From an uncultured Alphaproteobacteria bacterium (GTDB taxonomy: Bacteria; Pseudomonadota; Alphaproteobacteria; Rhizobiales; Xanthobacteraceae): a DNA stretch of 64,000 nucleotides. Below are positions 60,493 through 64,000 of the stretch, piece by piece; position 1 is the first letter of the stretch; each line of letters begins with the position of its first letter. The stretch covers positions 326,141 to 390,140 of the forward strand of contig CAWJSD010000012.1 in NCBI GenBank assembly GCA_963845435.1. The letters run 5' to 3'. The translations under genes and the position numbers were made by a program. The notes beneath the pieces were generated by a model. The model saw nothing but the letters and a program-made list of their open reading frames with translations, was not told the DNA's origin and made no database searches.

Positions 60493-61730
60493 TGCGTCCC
60501 GATCTCACCCGAGATCGGCTTGCCGAACAGTTCGCCGTGCTCGCCGTTGAAGCGCGACATCTGCATCTGCTCGATCGGGTAATAGTCGGCAGGGCCGGTG
60601 TTGATCCTGATGCCCGGCAGCAGCAGGCCGATGTCGAGATCCTTGAGATTGGCCGCCTGCTTCATGACGTTGTCGCGCGTCAATTCATCGCCGCATTGCT
60701 TGAGGATCTGCACCAGGGTCTGCGCGACGGCAAAGCCATAGGTGCTGAAGCTCGAACTCTTGTCGCCTTCCGGGAAATACTTGTCCATGAAGGCCGACCA
60801 CTCCTTGATGGCGGGATCATCCTTCCAGGCCGGGTCGGTCGGGTCCTTGATATAGTTGCTGGAGAGCACGCCTTTCGAATTGTCCAGCCCTGCCGGCTTC
60901 AACACCGAGCCGACCGAATTCGACACGCTGGCGAGAAACACGGTCGGTTTCCAGCCGAGCTCGGCGACCTTGCGTATCGCCATCGCGGCAAATTTCGGCG
61001 ATGCTTCGTCGAAGAAGATATCGGCCCCCGCCGCCTTGATCGCCACGATCTGGGAGTCGATGGTCGGATCGGTCGTGTCATAGGGCAGTTCGGCGACGAT
61101 CATGCGTTTGGAGGCTTCCGCACCGAGGCCGTCCTTGAGGCCCTTGAGATAGTCGCGCCCGGAATCGTCGTTCTGATACAGAATGCCGATCTTGCCCTGC
61201 GGCAGCTTGTCGAGGATGTATCTGGCGTAAATTCGCCCCTCGGTCTGGTAGGTCGGCTGCCAGCCCATGGTCCATGGGAAGTTCTTGTAGTCGCCGAACT
61301 TGGTGGCGCCGGTCGCGACGAACAGTTGCGGCACTTTCTTGCCGTTCAGATATTTCTGGATCGCGTTGCTGGTCGGCGTGCCTAGGTTCTGGAAAATAAA
61401 CAGCACCTCGTCGTCTTCCACGAGCTTGCGCGCCTGCTCCACCGTCTTGGGCGGGCTGAAGGCGTCGTCATAGGAAATGAAATTGATCCGGCGTCCGTTG
61501 ACGCCGCCCTGGTCGTTGATCATCTTGAAAAACGCGGCCTCGGTCCGGCCGATCAACGCATAGGCCGACAACGGCCCGCTATACGGCATGATGTTGCCGA
61601 CCTTGATCTCGGTGTCGCTGGCCCCCGGATCGTATTTCTTCTGCGCGAAAGCCGGGTTCAGAACCGGACTGGCGCCAACTCCAACAGCCAGCGCCATCGA
61701 CGCCAGCCACAACATGCCTCGTCGCGTCAT
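60489..61730 (-). CDS. Branched-chain amino acid-type ABC substrate-binding protein
   Basis: AQKKYDPGASDTEIKVGN.MPYSGP, GGVNGR, YQNDD. Confidence 0.92.
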   Translation of the reverse strand: MTRRGMLWLASMALAVGVGASPVLNPAFAQKKYDPGASDTEIKVGNIMPYSGPLSAYALIGRTEAAFFKMINDQGGVNGRRINFISYDDAFSPPKTVEQARKLVEDDEVLFIFQNLGTPTSNAIQKYLNGKKVPQLFVATGATKFGDYKNFPWTMGWQPTYQTEGRIYARYILDKLPQGKIGILYQNDDSGRDYLKGLKDGLGAEASKRMIVAELPYDTTDPTIDSQIVAIKAAGADIFFDEASPKFAAMAIRKVAELGWKPTVFLASVSNSVGSVLKPAGLDNSKGVLSSNYIKDPTDPAWKDDPAIKEWSAFMDKYFPEGDKSSSFSTYGFAVAQTLVQILKQCGDELTRDNVMKQAANLKDLDIGLLLPGIRINTGPADYYPIEQMQMSRFNGEHGELFGKPISGEIGTQ

Positions 61731-61959
61731 CGAACTCCTCCCAGGATGCAAGCCGGCTGTTGCCGATCTTGCGAGAAGTCTAAGTTGAAGCGAGGGCGTC
61801 GTCCAGCCAGCGATTGTCGCACGCCGGCCGGACCATTGTTGCTCTGCAAGCGAAGCATCGCGGCACTGAGCAGGCCTTTGCAACCGCGTCACGGATTGAG
61901 CATTGCGGTCTCGATCGAATTCGCCACGGAACCGACCTGACCCGGATCTTCAAACGTCC

Positions 61960-62577
61960 CTACCTCGCCGACGGCGATCGCTTGTCCGCGATCGCGGCCT
62001 TCCGAAGGACTGCGAACGCGTCCTTGATGAAAACCTCAAGCTTCGGGCCGCCCTTGGTCAACCACGCCTCGGTGGCCAGCTTGATGATGCCGATGGCGGT
62101 AGCGGCGATCACCCTGCAGGCCAGGTCATTTTCCGGAAGACCTTTATGTGAGGCAAGCGCCTTGGCCGACAGCCGCTCGACGTGTTCGTATTTGGCCTGA
62201 TCGCCTGCCCTGAGCGCCGGCGTATCGCGGATCAGTCGGGCGTAGTTGCGGGTCTGAGCCGGAATGTGAAGCGTAGCCATCTCGAGCATCGCATTTTCGA
62301 CCATGTCGATCAGTGGCTCTTCGGCGGGCCTGCGGCCGATGGCTTCGACAACCAGCCGCGGAAATTCCGCCTTGGTGGAGAAGACGATCTCCTCCTTGGA
62401 CTCGAAATAATGGAACAAGCTGCGGCGCGACACGTCCGCGGCCGCGGCAATGTCGTCCAGCGTGACGGCATCAAAGCCACTTTCCAAAAACAAACGCATC
62501 GCTTCGGCCTGGATTCGGGCATGGATTTCCGCACGCTTGCGTTCGCGCAGGCCGGCCGGACTGGACATATTCTTCAT
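61960..62577 (-). CDS. TetR-family regulator
   Basis: GLRERK, GFDAVTLDDIAAAADVSRRSLFHYFESKE. Confidence 0.92.
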   Translation of the reverse strand: MKNMSSPAGLRERKRAEIHARIQAEAMRLFLESGFDAVTLDDIAAAADVSRRSLFHYFESKEEIVFSTKAEFPRLVVEAIGRRPAEEPLIDMVENAMLEMATLHIPAQTRNYARLIRDTPALRAGDQAKYEHVERLSAKALASHKGLPENDLACRVIAATAIGIIKLATEAWLTKGGPKLEVFIKDAFAVLRKAAIADKRSPSAR

Positions 62578-62578
62578 T

Positions 62579-62608
62579 TGCACTCCTTGCATATATGCAC
62601 TTGGTGCA
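62579..62608. promoter_or_regulatory. Tandem TetR operators
   Basis: TGCACTCCTTGCA and TGCACTTGGTGCA between divergent tetR and SDR genes. Confidence 0.6.
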
Positions 62609-62655
62609 ACATATGGCAAGTTCGGGGGACGAGATTCCACGCAAGGATAGCAAAC

Positions 62656-63774
62656 ATGACGAGATGGACCATGCGCAACATTCCCGATCAGTCAGGCAAG
62701 TTGGCCGTCATCACGGGAGCCACAGGAGGTCTCGGATTGGAGACAGCACTCGGTCTGGCCGGCGCCGGGGCGGAGGTGATCCTGTCTGGACGCAACCCGG
62801 ACAAGGGCCGCAGCGCGATGGCATTCATTCGCGAGCGACACGGAAGCGCCAAGGTGCGCTTCGAAGTCGCCGACCTGGCGAGCCTGGCGTCAGTGGCGGA
62901 CTTTGCGCGCCGAATGATGGCCGCGGGGCGCCCGATCGACATTCTGGTCAATAACGCAGGGGTCATGGCGCTGCGCAAACGTGGAACTACGGTGGACGGT
63001 TTCGAGACGCAGTTCGGGACAAACTACCTTTCGCATTTCGCTTTGACGGGGCGATTGCTGCCGCTGTTGAGCGCCGCGCAAGCCCGCGTCGTACAACTAT
63101 CCAGCATCGCCCACCGCGCCGGCCAAATCCGGCTCGACGATCTCAACTACGAGACGGATTACAAGCCGTTTCCCGTCTATCAGCAGTCCAAGCTCGCGAT
63201 GCTGATGTTCGCGATCGAACTGCAGCGGCGCAGCGTGGCCAACGGCTGGTGTCTTACCAGTGTTGCCGCGCACCCCGGTATCGCGACGACCGACCTGGTT
63301 GCGAACGGTCCGTCCGTCGGCGCCAATGTGTTTGTTAGAACGGTTATCCCCATTGCCGAGAAAATTCTCGGACACTCGGCGACCGCAGGGGCCCTACCGA
63401 CCCTGATGGCGGCGACGATGCCGGGTGTGGAGGGCGGCCAATATTTCGGTCCACAAGGCTGGCTTGAGTTGAAAGGTCCGCCCGGTCCCGGAAAAATCGA
63501 TAAAAAGGCACTCGACGTCGCGGTCGGTGCGAAACTTTGGGAGGCATCCGAGCGGTTGACGGGCGTCGATTTCGCCAGCGCCAACAGCCGGAACGCGGTT
63601 GTCCCTGGTTGGGGAATTCTGAATCCCCACATGTTACATCCCAGACCGAAACTCTCGTCGCCGTTATGCCAAAGTAGCGGCGTTGACCGGTCCGCAACTG
63701 GCGTCGAAACTGTTACGCGACGTGCACAGAAGGTGGCCGCACGCGGCGTGGCGCCAACCATACTTCCTGAGTAG
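62656..63774 (+). CDS. SDR oxidoreductase (retinol dehydrogenase-like)
   Basis: TGATGGLG, NNAG, FGTNYLSHF, YQQSK, AHPG, LWEASERLTG. Confidence 0.9.
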   Translation: MTRWTMRNIPDQSGKLAVITGATGGLGLETALGLAGAGAEVILSGRNPDKGRSAMAFIRERHGSAKVRFEVADLASLASVADFARRMMAAGRPIDILVNNAGVMALRKRGTTVDGFETQFGTNYLSHFALTGRLLPLLSAAQARVVQLSSIAHRAGQIRLDDLNYETDYKPFPVYQQSKLAMLMFAIELQRRSVANGWCLTSVAAHPGIATTDLVANGPSVGANVFVRTVIPIAEKILGHSATAGALPTLMAATMPGVEGGQYFGPQGWLELKGPPGPGKIDKKALDVAVGAKLWEASERLTGVDFASANSRNAVVPGWGILNPHMLHPRPKLSSPLCQSSGVDRSATGVETVTRRAQKVAARGVAPTILPE

Positions 63775-64000
63775 GAAGGCAGACTGCCATCTCTGGCAAT
63801 CGTTCGGACAACGCGAGACGGCTGACGTTTGGCTCGCTGCAGATTTTATTTTATGCCGCTCCGTCAAGATGCCGGACAATGAATTTCTAAGGTGTGTTCG
63901 CCCGCTCGAGTTGTGTACCTACCTCTCCCCAGCCGACGGCGGCCTGAATTGGCCTGCGCTTCGGCATTGACATTGGCGCGTCCGACTTGTCGTTCACTTC

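Overview
High-GC alphaproteobacterial chromosomal DNA with Bradyrhizobium-like gene content. Layout: (1) 0.2-6.8 kb: Hsp70-like, Orn/Lys/Arg decarboxylase, GNAT, REP doublet, protease, Gly-rich exported protein. (2) 6.9-12.3 kb: small-gene patchwork with a MerR remnant, three paralogous CPxCxMxM...ECLRCGH zinc ribbons, an 8-Cys secreted peptide, a WGR-like/class III cyclase fusion, HU, an HWE kinase and a double-glycine peptide. (3) 12.3-22.4 kb: FAH/CoA-transferase/enoyl-CoA hydratase/AraC, then TetR plus RND efflux. (4) 22.8-41.4 kb: an N-heterocycle catabolic cluster with sigma54 promoter motifs, encoding a BMP nucleoside ABC importer, two deaminase-type amidohydrolases, HpaB-like and HpyO-like flavin monooxygenases, an amidase, a PuuE-like hydrolase, a Pht5-like decarboxylase and two 2OG-Fe(II) oxygenases. 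It also contains a stand-alone protein with the exact archaeosine synthase motif PCx3KPYx2Sx2H. This is the best candidate for an undescribed system, hypothetically 7-deazapurine catabolism. (5) 41.4-44.3 kb: decayed phage terminase remnant. (6) 44.3-64 kb: YeiH/LysR, small exported proteins, LLM/LysR/amidohydrolase/racemase/Bug, ABC genes, TetR-SDR. About two dozen single-base frameshifts before 40.5 kb are probably assembly errors. I recognised no tRNA, rRNA, CRISPR array or intact IS. All family assignments come from motif recognition by eye, not database searches.
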